Of a stretch of 64,000 nucleotides of DNA, positions 45,966 through 55,219 are shown one piece after another (position 1 is the first letter of the stretch; the number at the start of each line of letters is the position of its first letter). The stretch covers positions 133,867 to 197,866 of the forward strand of contig JBAYIT010000002.1 in assembly GCA_041665485.1 (NCBI GenBank). The letters are read 5' to 3'. Both the position numbers and the translations under genes were made by a program. Under the pieces are notes generated by a model that saw nothing but the letters and a program-made list of their open reading frames with translations, was not told the DNA's origin and did not search any database. This stretch comes from Candidatus Shapirobacteria bacterium. Its GTDB lineage: Bacteria > Patescibacteriota > Microgenomatia > UBA12405.

Positions 45966-46574
45966 GTTGAATTGCCGTATCACGGCAACAACTTTTCCCC
46001 TAATTTCCACATTTGTCACATACATCGGGCTCATGGTGGTATTGGCCGGTTGCAATCTTATCCTGTCTTTTTCCTGGTAAAACCGCTTTAAAGTAGCAAA
46101 ACCATTTTTCAATATTGCCACCACAATATCGCCATCATTGGCCTCGCCTTGTTCTTTAACCACCACGTAGTCGCCACTCAAAATCCCGTCGTCAACCATC
46201 GAATCGCCCTTAGCTTGAAGGACATACGACTTCCCTCCCGCCGTCATTAAGCTCGAATTAACCGCCAAAGTTGCATTTGGGTCATTGTACGGTTCAATTG
46301 GCGCTCCACAGGCAATGTAGCCCATCACCGGCAATTCAATCAATCTCTCCCCACCTCTATCTCCCACAATCTCAATCCCTCGCACCGCCCCTCGATAGCG
46401 CCTAATCAAGCCCTTCTTTTCCAAAGTCGACAAATGCTCATGAACTGTTGCCAAAGACGACAGCCCAAATTTTTCCGCAATCTCCGTCAGCGTCGGCGCA
46501 TAACCGTATTTGTCGATACTATTACTAACGTAGTCCAGAATCTGTTTTTGCCTTTTATACAATATTGTTGCCAT
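45963..46574 (-). CDS. lexA: SOS repressor LexA
   Basis: GYAPTLTEIA, ATVHEHL..LEKKG, IACGAP cleavage region, GDSM (Ser), TLKR (Lys). Confidence 0.96.
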   Translation of the reverse strand: MATILYKRQKQILDYVSNSIDKYGYAPTLTEIAEKFGLSSLATVHEHLSTLEKKGLIRRYRGAVRGIEIVGDRGGERLIELPVMGYIACGAPIEPYNDPNATLAVNSSLMTAGGKSYVLQAKGDSMVDDGILSGDYVVVKEQGEANDGDIVVAILKNGFATLKRFYQEKDRIRLQPANTTMSPMYVTNVEIRGKVVAVIRQFN

Positions 46575-46580
46575 AAAGTA

Positions 46581-46608
46581 ATCTTACACGAACAATACCC
46601 GAATGCAA
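46581..46608 (-). promoter_or_regulatory. lexA promoter with putative LexA box
   Basis: TTGCAT-16 nt-TAAGAT, ATG 6 nt later; TTCGG-N6-TTCGT (46603-46588). Confidence 0.7.
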
Positions 46609-46623
46609 CACCCTGTTTTACCT

Positions 46624-46686
46624 AATTTAAAAATTTAAGAATTTAAAAATTGATTAAAAATTTAAAATTTAAAATTAAAAATTAAA
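46624..46686 (+). repeat. AT-rich dispersed repeat copy
   Basis: AATTTAAAAATTGATTAAAAATTTAAAATTTAAAATTAAAAATT. Confidence 0.8.
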
Positions 46687-46710
46687 CCAGCTTGTTTGCT
46701 ATTCTTAACT

Positions 46711-48462
46711 ATGATCGTCTTGGTTCTTCTTTTTCTACTTCTTACTAGTCCGACGCTTGCCACTGGCGAATTTTCTCTTTCCAAAAGCACCTCCTACCAC
46801 TTCGATCAAGCCGGCCTGGCCACCGTCGAAGAAACCATCGACCTTCAAAATAATTATTCCCAAATTTACCCCACCCAGTATTCTCTCTCCTTAACCAGCA
46901 CCACCTTAAAAAATATTATCGCCAACGATTCATCCGGAAATATTCTCCAAAACACCACTACCGACTCCCAAACCAACACCACTGTTATCAACCTTAAATT
47001 CAATCATCCCGGAGTCGGCAAAGACAAAAACACCACCTTTCAGCTCCGTTACCAACTAGATAATTTAGCCAAGCTTAAGGGCAATACCTGGGAAATTAGT
47101 CTCCCCCAAATCGAGCCCGAAGTTACTCAAAAAAGCCTCAAAATCTCTATCCCTCGCTCTTTTGGCCCGGTCGCTTTTGCCTCAGTTCCCTTTACTTCCC
47201 AGGAAAAAGTCGATTCCCAGGAAATCAGCCTTACTCCCCAGCCAAAAAACAAAATTTTAATCACTTTTGGTGATTACCAATTATTTAATTTTAACCTCAC
47301 CTACGAGCTTCAAAACCAACAATCGTCCCCAAGTTATCTCAAAATTCCCCTCCCTCCCGACACTAGCCATCAACGGGTCATTTTTAGTCATCTCACTCCC
47401 CGGCCGGAAAATATTTCCTCCGATCCCGACGGCAACTGGCTAGCCACCTATCTTCTTGAGCCTCAATCAAATCTTACTGTCACCACCTCCGGCCAGGTAC
47501 AAACTTTTAGTCTTGTTTTAGAGCCAACTTCACCCCTTCCTCAACACACCCAATCCCAATCGCTCTGGCCCATCGATAATCCTCAAATTCAAACCACCAT
47601 TGCCAATTTCAAAACCCCCAAAAACATCTATGATTTTGTTGTTTCTCATCTTGATTATAACTACGACCTCATCAATAACCCCTCCCGCAAAGGCGCCCTT
47701 TCTGCTCTCGCTGATCCCAAGAACTCTCTTTGCACCGAGTTTACCGACCTCTTTGTCACTCTTGCCCGGGCCAAAGGTATTCCCGCCCGGGAAATTGAAG
47801 GCTACGCCCTCACCAACGATTCCAAAATCAAGCCGGTCAACCCCGTCTCCGACATCCTCCACGCTTGGCCTCAATACTTCGATTTCGCCAGAAAATCCTG
47901 GATTGATATCGACCCGACTTGGGCCAAAACCACTGCTGGCGTCGATTATTTTTCCGATATTGATTTAAACCACGTCACCCTGGTTATTCACGGTCTCGAT
48001 AGCTTTAACCCCCCGCCTCCCGGCTCCTATCGCCTAACTCAAAACAAAACGGTTGACTTTTCTCTTGCCAAAACCAAAATCCCCGCCACCAACCTTCCTC
48101 CCATCATCAACTTTACCAATTCTCCTCAAAAAAAGTTATTTCTTACTCTTTCCAACCCCAATCTCCATTCCCTAAAATCCGTCAAAATCACTAGTCAAGG
48201 TTGGTCGTGGGAAAGCCCCTCTCTCCCTCCGCTCTCTATCACCAACATCTCTCCCCCTCAAACCTCCTGGCTGGCTTCACTTCTGCCTCAAAATCGCCAG
48301 CTCAATCTTACCCTCGAGTACGGCGTCAACACCACCAATCTCAAACTCAATTATCCTCGTCATTTTTCCAATCTTTTTCTACTTATTGGTATTGCTATTG
48401 TTGGCCTAAGTATTGGAGGTATAATATTAACTACATCTCACCATGATCAAAAGACTGGCTAA
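46711..48462 (+). CDS. Transglutaminase-like domain surface protein
   Basis: CTEFTDLF..LARAKGIPAR..GY, HAWPQY, W..IDPTW; signal peptide and C-terminal TM. Confidence 0.88.
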   Translation: MIVLVLLFLLLTSPTLATGEFSLSKSTSYHFDQAGLATVEETIDLQNNYSQIYPTQYSLSLTSTTLKNIIANDSSGNILQNTTTDSQTNTTVINLKFNHPGVGKDKNTTFQLRYQLDNLAKLKGNTWEISLPQIEPEVTQKSLKISIPRSFGPVAFASVPFTSQEKVDSQEISLTPQPKNKILITFGDYQLFNFNLTYELQNQQSSPSYLKIPLPPDTSHQRVIFSHLTPRPENISSDPDGNWLATYLLEPQSNLTVTTSGQVQTFSLVLEPTSPLPQHTQSQSLWPIDNPQIQTTIANFKTPKNIYDFVVSHLDYNYDLINNPSRKGALSALADPKNSLCTEFTDLFVTLARAKGIPAREIEGYALTNDSKIKPVNPVSDILHAWPQYFDFARKSWIDIDPTWAKTTAGVDYFSDIDLNHVTLVIHGLDSFNPPPPGSYRLTQNKTVDFSLAKTKIPATNLPPIINFTNSPQKKLFLTLSNPNLHSLKSVKITSQGWSWESPSLPPLSITNISPPQTSWLASLLPQNRQLNLTLEYGVNTTNLKLNYPRHFSNLFLLIGIAIVGLSIGGIILTTSHHDQKTG

Positions 48463-48850
48463 ATACACTCTCCTCTCTGTCTTTGCCCTAATTACTGTCA
48501 ATCAAATTTGGGGCAACTTTTCTTTCCTCCCTGTCCTTGTCCTCCTTAAATCCGCCCTGGTTCTCTCTCTTTTTGAAGTTATCCTCAAGCCGATTGTCAA
48601 ATTGCTTCTCTTGCCAATCAATATCCTAACTTTGGGTCTTTTCCGCATTATTATTAATACTCTCGGTCTTTACCTGGCCATTTATTTTGTTCCCGAATTC
48701 AAGGTTGGCAACATTGCCACTTCCGGCTTTTCCTGGCAGGGTTTTGTCATCCCCGCCTTTAGTTTTCAGGCTTTTTTTGCTATCCTCGTTTCTTCCTTTA
48801 CTTTTAGTATTATATTTTATCTATTCAAGCTAATTTGCACTAAAAAATGA
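48443..48850 (+). CDS. 4-TM phage-holin superfamily IV (YvlD-like) membrane protein
   Basis: LKPIVKLLLLPINILTLGLF..IIN. Confidence 0.82.
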   Translation: MIKRLAKYTLLSVFALITVNQIWGNFSFLPVLVLLKSALVLSLFEVILKPIVKLLLLPINILTLGLFRIIINTLGLYLAIYFVPEFKVGNIATSGFSWQGFVIPAFSFQAFFAILVSSFTFSIIFYLFKLICTKK

Positions 48851-49059
48851 AAACCGCACTTGTTATTTTCCAAATAATTCTCTCGGTTGCCCTGATTGTT
48901 CTTATTTTTCTCCAGTCCAGTGGCGATAATGAATCTCGTGGTAATCTTTTCTCCACCACCAGTCCTCAACGGCGCGGTTGGGAAAAAGTTATTTTCACTT
49001 TCACTCTAATTGTCTTTAGTCTGTTTATCATCTCTTCCATCGTCCAAACCATTCTCTAA
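48847..49059 (+). CDS. secG: Preprotein translocase subunit SecG
   Basis: QIILSVALIVLIFLQ...RRGWEK; 2 TMs. Confidence 0.85.
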   Translation: MKTALVIFQIILSVALIVLIFLQSSGDNESRGNLFSTTSPQRRGWEKVIFTFTLIVFSLFIISSIVQTIL

Positions 49060-49061
49060 CC

Positions 49062-50396
49062 TTGATCAATAAAATTCGCTTTAAACTAGAATTGCTTTTT
49101 TACTATTTTAAGCGTTATTTTCTTCTCATCTTAGCCGGTGCCGCCGTCAGCTCTCTCCTCCTCGCCTTTTCCTCACCCATCATTGCTTTTCTCACCAAAG
49201 CCATCCCCGCCAATCCTAAAGTTATCGGTATCGAAGGCCTCTACTCTGCCAACCAGCTTCCGCCTCTTATTGCCAACCAAATTAGTTACGGCTTAACTCA
49301 AGTCAGCGACAACAATCGGGCGGAAAAATCGCCCCTAATTGATCAAATCGAAGTAAAAAACGATCAAAAACAATATATTTTTCACCTCAATTCACTCCTC
49401 TGGCATGACGGCACCACTTTTACCGCCGACGATGTTGTCCGTCTCTACAAGATCAGCAACGCCACTCTTTCTGCCCCGGATTCCAAAACCCTCGTCGTCA
49501 ACCTCGACAAGGAATTTGCCCCTCTTCTCTCCCTGCTCTCCAAACCGCTAGTCGGTCCCAAATACAGTGGTCTCGGCCCAAATCAACTTATCGCCATTAA
49601 TTATCGTGACGGCTATATCAAAAATCTAACTCTAAAAAACATCGCCACCGGTAAATTAACTATTTATCGTTTTTACTCCAGCCAAAACGATCTCATCACT
49701 GCCTTCAAACTCGGCGAAATTGAACAGTTCACCACCAACACTTTTCCTGAATCTATTGCCACTTGGCATAAAGTCAATATCACCACCAATATCGACACCA
49801 ACAGTTTTTATACCGCTCTTTTTATTAACACTGAAAAATTTAGCAAAAAACAATTTCGTCAAAGTCTGGCTTATGCCACTTCCAAGCCTGCCGATAAAAA
49901 CGAACGTTGCCTTGGCCCAATTTCTCCTAATTCTTGGGCCTACAATCCTCAAATTAAGGAATACAACTACAACCCTATCCGGGCCAAAGAATTGATTGCC
50001 GAAGATGATCCCAAAAACATTAAATTGATTGTCACCTCCCGCGATCTTCTCCCTCTTTCCGAAAAAATTAAAACTGAATGGCAAGAAATTTTGGGCATTA
50101 CCGTCACCACCGCCGTCGGCAACATTCCCAAAGGGGATTACGACATGATTCTCTCCTACGGCAACCTCCCTCAAGACCCCGATCAATATCTTTTTTGGCA
50201 TTCAACCCAAACCACCACCAACATTACTCACTTTAACAATTCGCGCATCGATAAACTTCTCGAAGAGGGGAGAGTCACCCCTGACCCCCAGGAAAGAAAA
50301 AGGATTTATTTTGATTTTCAAAGATTTCTTCTCGAAGAGTCTCCCGCCATCTTTATAAGTTTCCCTACCACCCACACCGTTTCTCGGGTAAAATAA
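49062..50396 (+). CDS. ABC transporter substrate-binding protein (family 5, OppA-like)
   Basis: WHDGTTFTADDV, RQSLAYA, DPDQYLFWHSTQ, IDKLLEEGR. Confidence 0.87.
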   Translation: MINKIRFKLELLFYYFKRYFLLILAGAAVSSLLLAFSSPIIAFLTKAIPANPKVIGIEGLYSANQLPPLIANQISYGLTQVSDNNRAEKSPLIDQIEVKNDQKQYIFHLNSLLWHDGTTFTADDVVRLYKISNATLSAPDSKTLVVNLDKEFAPLLSLLSKPLVGPKYSGLGPNQLIAINYRDGYIKNLTLKNIATGKLTIYRFYSSQNDLITAFKLGEIEQFTTNTFPESIATWHKVNITTNIDTNSFYTALFINTEKFSKKQFRQSLAYATSKPADKNERCLGPISPNSWAYNPQIKEYNYNPIRAKELIAEDDPKNIKLIVTSRDLLPLSEKIKTEWQEILGITVTTAVGNIPKGDYDMILSYGNLPQDPDQYLFWHSTQTTTNITHFNNSRIDKLLEEGRVTPDPQERKRIYFDFQRFLLEESPAIFISFPTTHTVSRVK

Positions 50397-50399
50397 ATT

Positions 50400-50600
50400 A
50401 TGGAAGACAAACCAATTGATTTTATCGGTGGCATTCTTCTTCTCACTCTTTTTCTCCTTCTCGCCTACGCCGGCTTCTTGTCTTATCAAAGTATCGATTG
50501 GAATGTTTTGAAACGTCTGGAATCCACCCCTCTAGCTCTCCCTGCTCCCGCCACCTCCTCCGCCACCCCGGCCTCTCCTTCCGCCTCTCCTAATCCATAA
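50400..50600 (+). CDS. Small single-TM hypothetical protein
   Basis: TM followed by SATPAS low-complexity tail. Confidence 0.6.
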   Translation: MEDKPIDFIGGILLLTLFLLLAYAGFLSYQSIDWNVLKRLESTPLALPAPATSSATPASPSASPNP

Positions 50601-50627
50601 ACTATTTTTAAAATTTAAAATTTAAAA

Positions 50628-51236
50628 TTGTTTTTCTTTACCCTCCCTCCTCTTCCCAAACCCCCCGTTGAAACCTATCAAATCGTCGATGTCATTGACG
50701 GCGACACTATCGTCACCGACAAATCCCAAAAAGTCAGATTATTAAGTGTTGATGCACCCGAGTTAGATCTTTGTGGTGGTCTTGAGGCCAAAACCAAACT
50801 CGAATCTTTAGTTAAAGGAAAAAAGGTCAAACTCCATGAGGTTATCGCCGATAGTTATAGCCGTGTCGTCGCTCTAGTCTATCAAGGCCGGACTTCGGTT
50901 AATGCCGAAATGGTTAAATCCGGCTGGGGTAAATACAATAGTATTAACACCAGCCAAAGCAACACTCTTTTATATTATTCCCGCCAAGCCCAAGACAAGG
51001 GTAGGGGAGTCTTTAGCCCCCTTTGCCGTCAAGCCACTAACCCCGAAAATCCCAAATGTTTAATCAAGGGCAATGCCGCCCGCGATAATCGCAATATTTA
51101 TTTCTTCCCCGGTTGTAGTGATTACGACCGGGTTATTGTCGAAAAAAATCTCGGCGACCGCTGGTTTTGCACCGAAGCCGAAGCCGTCAAATCCGGCTTC
51201 CAAAAATCCCAAAACTGCTATGATAAAAAGTTTTAA
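50628..51236 (+). CDS. Thermonuclease (SNase) family protein with Cys-containing C-terminal domain; N-terminus possibly truncated
   Basis: VIDGDT, VRLLSVDAPE, DSYSR, CLIKGN...Y..PGC..Y...WFCTEAEA. Confidence 0.85.
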   Translation: MFFFTLPPLPKPPVETYQIVDVIDGDTIVTDKSQKVRLLSVDAPELDLCGGLEAKTKLESLVKGKKVKLHEVIADSYSRVVALVYQGRTSVNAEMVKSGWGKYNSINTSQSNTLLYYSRQAQDKGRGVFSPLCRQATNPENPKCLIKGNAARDNRNIYFFPGCSDYDRVIVEKNLGDRWFCTEAEAVKSGFQKSQNCYDKKF

Positions 51237-51340
51237 TTTTATTCTTAATTTAAAAATTTCGAAGTGAAACGAAGTCCGTCTCAGACGGAAAGAATTTAAA
51301 AATTGATTAAAAATTAAAAATTTCAAATTAAAAATTAATA
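51234..51340 (+). repeat. AT-rich dispersed repeat copy with a nested GC-rich hairpin
   Basis: GAAGTGAAACGAAGTCCGTCTCAGACGGA nested inside; 51296-51337 identical to 45924-45965. Confidence 0.85.
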
Positions 51341-51345
51341 ATAAT

Positions 51346-51741
51346 ATGCCCGATCAACAACAAGTTCTCGTCAGTCAATACATCTCTCTTATTACTCAAA
51401 AATCCACCCTCGATTCTAAGCTCTCGAAACTCGAGCAGGAAATCGCCGCCTTTTGTCGCCAAAATCGTCGCAAAACTCTCAAAACCCCCACTCATCTTCT
51501 CTATGTTATTCAAAAACTTCGCACCGTTTTTCCCAGCAAACGTAGCCCCGAACGCCAAACCCTCGAAGCCATCCTCAAAAACTATCCCAAACTTTCCGAT
51601 TTTATGGTTTTGGAAACCATCAGCCTTGGCCAGGCCTACGACAAAAAAGCCCTCCCCCAAGACCTGCTTGCCAAGCTCGCCCCGCTGGCCACCCAAAAGC
51701 CCTATCTCAAAATCTCCCTCCTTAAGGCCAAAAAGAAATAA
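51346..51741 (+). CDS. Hypothetical basic protein
   Basis: 131-aa ORF, coiled-coil-like N-terminus, host-like composition. Confidence 0.6.
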   Translation: MPDQQQVLVSQYISLITQKSTLDSKLSKLEQEIAAFCRQNRRKTLKTPTHLLYVIQKLRTVFPSKRSPERQTLEAILKNYPKLSDFMVLETISLGQAYDKKALPQDLLAKLAPLATQKPYLKISLLKAKKK

Positions 51742-51756
51742 AATACGTTCTAATAT

Positions 51757-52223
51757 ATGCTTATTTTCATTGACGAATCTGGTGATGCTGGTTTTAGAAT
51801 CCAAAAAGGTTCGTCTGCCCACTTTGTCATATCTCTAGTTATTTTCGACGATGAACTAGATGCCGAAGAAACAGCTCTAAAAATAAAGAGATTAAAAAAG
51901 AGTTATTTTACGCCTTTTCCCTACGAATGGTTCTCCAACATAATCGTCGCACTATTGGTAATGCCAAAATAAGACTTGATGGTACCGGAGAAAGAGAATT
52001 CAAAAAGCAATTAACACTATACCTACGCCAAAATTTAAATACAAATACCCAAAAAGTAATAAAGAACTTTAAATTCAGAAATTCAAAAAGTGATGTCCTA
52101 ATTCAACTCGCAGATATGATAGCTGGCAGTCTTCGTCGATATTTTGATCATTCAACTACGGATTGGAATATTTACCGAAAAATAATCAAACACAGAGAAG
52201 AAGACACCTGGGAGTTTCAGTAA
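51757..52223 (+). pseudogene. DUF3800 (RNase H-like fold) gene broken by a frameshift, probably an internal deletion, near 51900
   Basis: N-terminal IFIDESGD in one frame, C-terminal S..DVLIQLADMIAG in another; junction at TTAAAAAAGAG. Confidence 0.8.
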
Positions 52224-52230
52224 ATAAATC

Positions 52231-52297
52231 GACCCAACGCCTATTTTGACGATTGTCAAAAACGCACACCATACGGTGACAGTTCGGCTATTGGGTC
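52231..52297 (+). ncRNA. Structured multi-stem RNA directly downstream of the DUF3800 gene
   Basis: Closing stem GACCCAA/TTGGGTC, GCC/GGC, hairpins TTTTGAC-GATT-GTCAAAA and CACC-ATAC-GGTG. Confidence 0.65.
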
Positions 52298-52366
52298 TTT
52301 GTAAAAGAAGTTTAACAACAAAACCACTAAAAAACAAACACCACCCAAGTTTGGTAAAATAACCTA

Positions 52367-55219
52367 ATGTTGGCTCGGTTAAAAAACATCCCCGCCTTTT
52401 TCTTCTGGCTCCTTAATCTAAGTTTAGCTACTACTGTTCTTGGTTGGCTTGGCACTTTTGTTTGGCAGATACTAAGCCAAGCTAGTTACAACGATATTAA
52501 AAGCTTTTTTTCTTCTATTCCACTGGACATCGCCATTACTATCGTCGTGGTTCTGGCCATGCCTTTTCTTCTCATCGCCCTTGTTTTTATCACCAAAAAC
52601 CAACACAACTCCACCAAACTTTCTCAACTCCTGCTTGGTGTTGAACTGCCCACCATTGCCTTTACCATAGCCAGACTCATCTTCCTAAAAACCCTCATCC
52701 CCACCAATATCTTATTTCTCTCCACCGCCGTTATTAGCATTTTCGCCTACATCATCTATATTTTCAAAAAATCATATAACAATCGGCTTTTAAAAATTCT
52801 TCACACTCTCGCTCTCCAGTCCGCTGTCGTCGTTGGCGTTTATGCCTCTCTCTTAATGTTCTTTTTTCTGCCTATTTTTATCGCTTTTATTTTCCAAATC
52901 ATCAATTCTCTTTTTCATCTTGGTTTTAGTTTTGGCAACGAACCCAATTTATGGATCCTAGCCACTGGCTTAATTAGCTTTTTCGCCTTCTCACTCCTCG
53001 CTCTGTCTTTAATTTGTAGTCCTTTTATCGGCCTGGTTGCCTATTTCAAAGCTTCTGCCCGGCTCGACCAACATTTCAAGTCGGCCCGCCTCGGCTTTAG
53101 TTCTGCTTATGTTTTTTTGACTCTGATTCTGGCCTATCAATCGAGCCTTATATTTTTTAACAGTCAAATTGATGTCTATAAAAATACCACCGAATTCAAA
53201 CAACGTTCTAAAATCGCTTCCCAAATTTTAAAGAATCAGAACTTTATAAAAAACCGCCTGGTCGACACCTACCTGGCTCATTATCAATATCTCACCGACA
53301 GCCAAATGTCTGTTTTAAAACAAGCTTATCTTGATCAAACCAACATTAAAGAACCGCTGGCCAATAACCTCCAAAACTGGTTTCTCGCCCTGGCCTACCC
53401 CTTCGTTTATCAAGGTCATTTTGAAGAAGATGTTAAAAATGCCGACCAAAATTATCAACTAATTTTTGACGAACCCATTCAACTTGCTCAAAGCCAAAAA
53501 GTAAAATCTATTCTATCTACTTCCTTTAATATTTCTTCCGACCAACTCAAATCATCAATTTTAGATAGGGAGGACCAAGATGTACTTCTTGTAAACCGCC
53601 AAATTAGCGTCACCCCCGATTCCCGCCATCAATTTGCCACCGTTACCATCGAAGAAGAATATGAGAATCTCACCCCCGCCGATCAGGAAGTTTTTTACCT
53701 CTTCTCTCTTCCCCAAGATTCGGTTATTACTGATCTCAAACTTGGCCCCGATCTAAATCTAACCAGCGATCATCTTGAAACTATCTCTCCCATTATTCCC
53801 ACTCCGGCTCCCCAAGTTAGCCTTAAGCCAACTCTGGCAATCCCCAAACCCATCGAACAAAAAGATTCAGGGCAGGTCGCCCCCAAAGGTGCTGCCGATT
53901 CTACCTTTGAAAACCAATACCGATTCCGTATCGATCCGGCCATTCTCGAGCAAGTTAGTCCAGTCTCCTATCAGCTTCGAGTTTATCCTATTCCCGTAAC
54001 TGAAAAAAACCTCTCTTCTTGGCAAAGAGACAATCTTACTGCTCCAGTCAGAAATCAGAAAGTTCGCTATAGTTATGTCACTGTCATCGATCAAAACGGC
54101 CAAGTTGCTCTCCCCAAAATTCAGGAACAAAGAAATTTAGTCAAAAGCGACAAAACCATTTTTGCCGCCTCCCAACCAATTCCCAATTTTTCTCCTAATT
54201 CTCCTAATCTCCGCTTCGTTAATGGCCTCACCCAAACCCTCTATCTTCACCAACCCAACACTTCTCTAGTCTCAATTGACAACAAAAAAATCGCCATCCT
54301 GGCCGACTCTTCTTACACTATGGGGGTCAAAGATTGGCAATCATTTCTAAGTCAACAACTGCCTCTATCCACCCTTGTTCAAACCAATATCGTCGATCTC
54401 TACTATTTTAATGACCTGGTTTCGCCGGCTGTTAATCTCAATCAACAAATCAATAACCCCAAAGCCTTTACCCAAGTTGCTTTCGGCCAAACCAACCGTC
54501 TTCAGGCTCTCAAATATGTCCAAGGTAAATATGATTTAGTTTTAATGTTTACCGACCCCTCTCCGGCCGACAGCTCCTCTCAAACCAGCCCTTCTCTCCA
54601 AAACAACCAAGCTATTTACTTAATTTTTAAGGACAATCAATTTCCTAAGTTCCCCGACCCATTAACTTTTTATCTTCAAGCCAACAGGGCTATTATTACC
54701 TCCAGCGGTCAATTAGCTCTGGAAAACTATGCTCATCTCCTCACTCTAAAAAATCAATTTGCCAATTCTTCTGTTTTGGTTACCGACTCCGGCTCCTGGG
54801 TAACCATGCCCACAAGCATTAGTTCGCCTATAAATTTCCAGACGCTATCACCGTCCGATCCTGCCGCCAAATTAGCTCTCCACCGCCAAATCGAAACTCA
54901 AATGGGGGATTCCTCCCGTTTTGATTCCCTAAACTCTCTGGCCGCCTCAGCTGGCATCGTCACTCCCTTATCCTCTCTTATTGTCCTCACCACCCCCGAG
55001 CAAAAAGAACAGCTTCGCCTTGCCTCGCTTGGTCAAAACCGCTTTACTTCCAACTTCAATCTGGGCGAAGAGCAACTTATCGAGCCCCAGTCCGGCGGTT
55101 TTCTCTCCGGCAGTGCTGTTCCCGAACCGCACGAGTGGCTATTAATCATCACCTCTCTCTTGCTTTTTGGATTTCTTGGTCGACATCAAATCAAGGCTCT
55201 AGTTTCTTCCCATGCTTAG
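52367..55219 (+). CDS. PEP-CTERM integral membrane protein (TIGR02921-like) with VIT domain
   Basis: Multi-TM N-terminus; YEN....QEVFYLFSLPQDSVITDL; DPAILEQV; C-terminal VPEPHEW + TM + basic residues. Confidence 0.85.
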   Translation: MLARLKNIPAFFFWLLNLSLATTVLGWLGTFVWQILSQASYNDIKSFFSSIPLDIAITIVVVLAMPFLLIALVFITKNQHNSTKLSQLLLGVELPTIAFTIARLIFLKTLIPTNILFLSTAVISIFAYIIYIFKKSYNNRLLKILHTLALQSAVVVGVYASLLMFFFLPIFIAFIFQIINSLFHLGFSFGNEPNLWILATGLISFFAFSLLALSLICSPFIGLVAYFKASARLDQHFKSARLGFSSAYVFLTLILAYQSSLIFFNSQIDVYKNTTEFKQRSKIASQILKNQNFIKNRLVDTYLAHYQYLTDSQMSVLKQAYLDQTNIKEPLANNLQNWFLALAYPFVYQGHFEEDVKNADQNYQLIFDEPIQLAQSQKVKSILSTSFNISSDQLKSSILDREDQDVLLVNRQISVTPDSRHQFATVTIEEEYENLTPADQEVFYLFSLPQDSVITDLKLGPDLNLTSDHLETISPIIPTPAPQVSLKPTLAIPKPIEQKDSGQVAPKGAADSTFENQYRFRIDPAILEQVSPVSYQLRVYPIPVTEKNLSSWQRDNLTAPVRNQKVRYSYVTVIDQNGQVALPKIQEQRNLVKSDKTIFAASQPIPNFSPNSPNLRFVNGLTQTLYLHQPNTSLVSIDNKKIAILADSSYTMGVKDWQSFLSQQLPLSTLVQTNIVDLYYFNDLVSPAVNLNQQINNPKAFTQVAFGQTNRLQALKYVQGKYDLVLMFTDPSPADSSSQTSPSLQNNQAIYLIFKDNQFPKFPDPLTFYLQANRAIITSSGQLALENYAHLLTLKNQFANSSVLVTDSGSWVTMPTSISSPINFQTLSPSDPAAKLALHRQIETQMGDSSRFDSLNSLAASAGIVTPLSSLIVLTTPEQKEQLRLASLGQNRFTSNFNLGEEQLIEPQSGGFLSGSAVPEPHEWLLIITSLLLFGFLGRHQIKALVSSHA

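Noticed and set aside
48443-48850. Prophage suggested by a holin-family gene
   Set aside because: This family is a common chromosomal membrane protein; it sits with secG and no phage structural genes are present.
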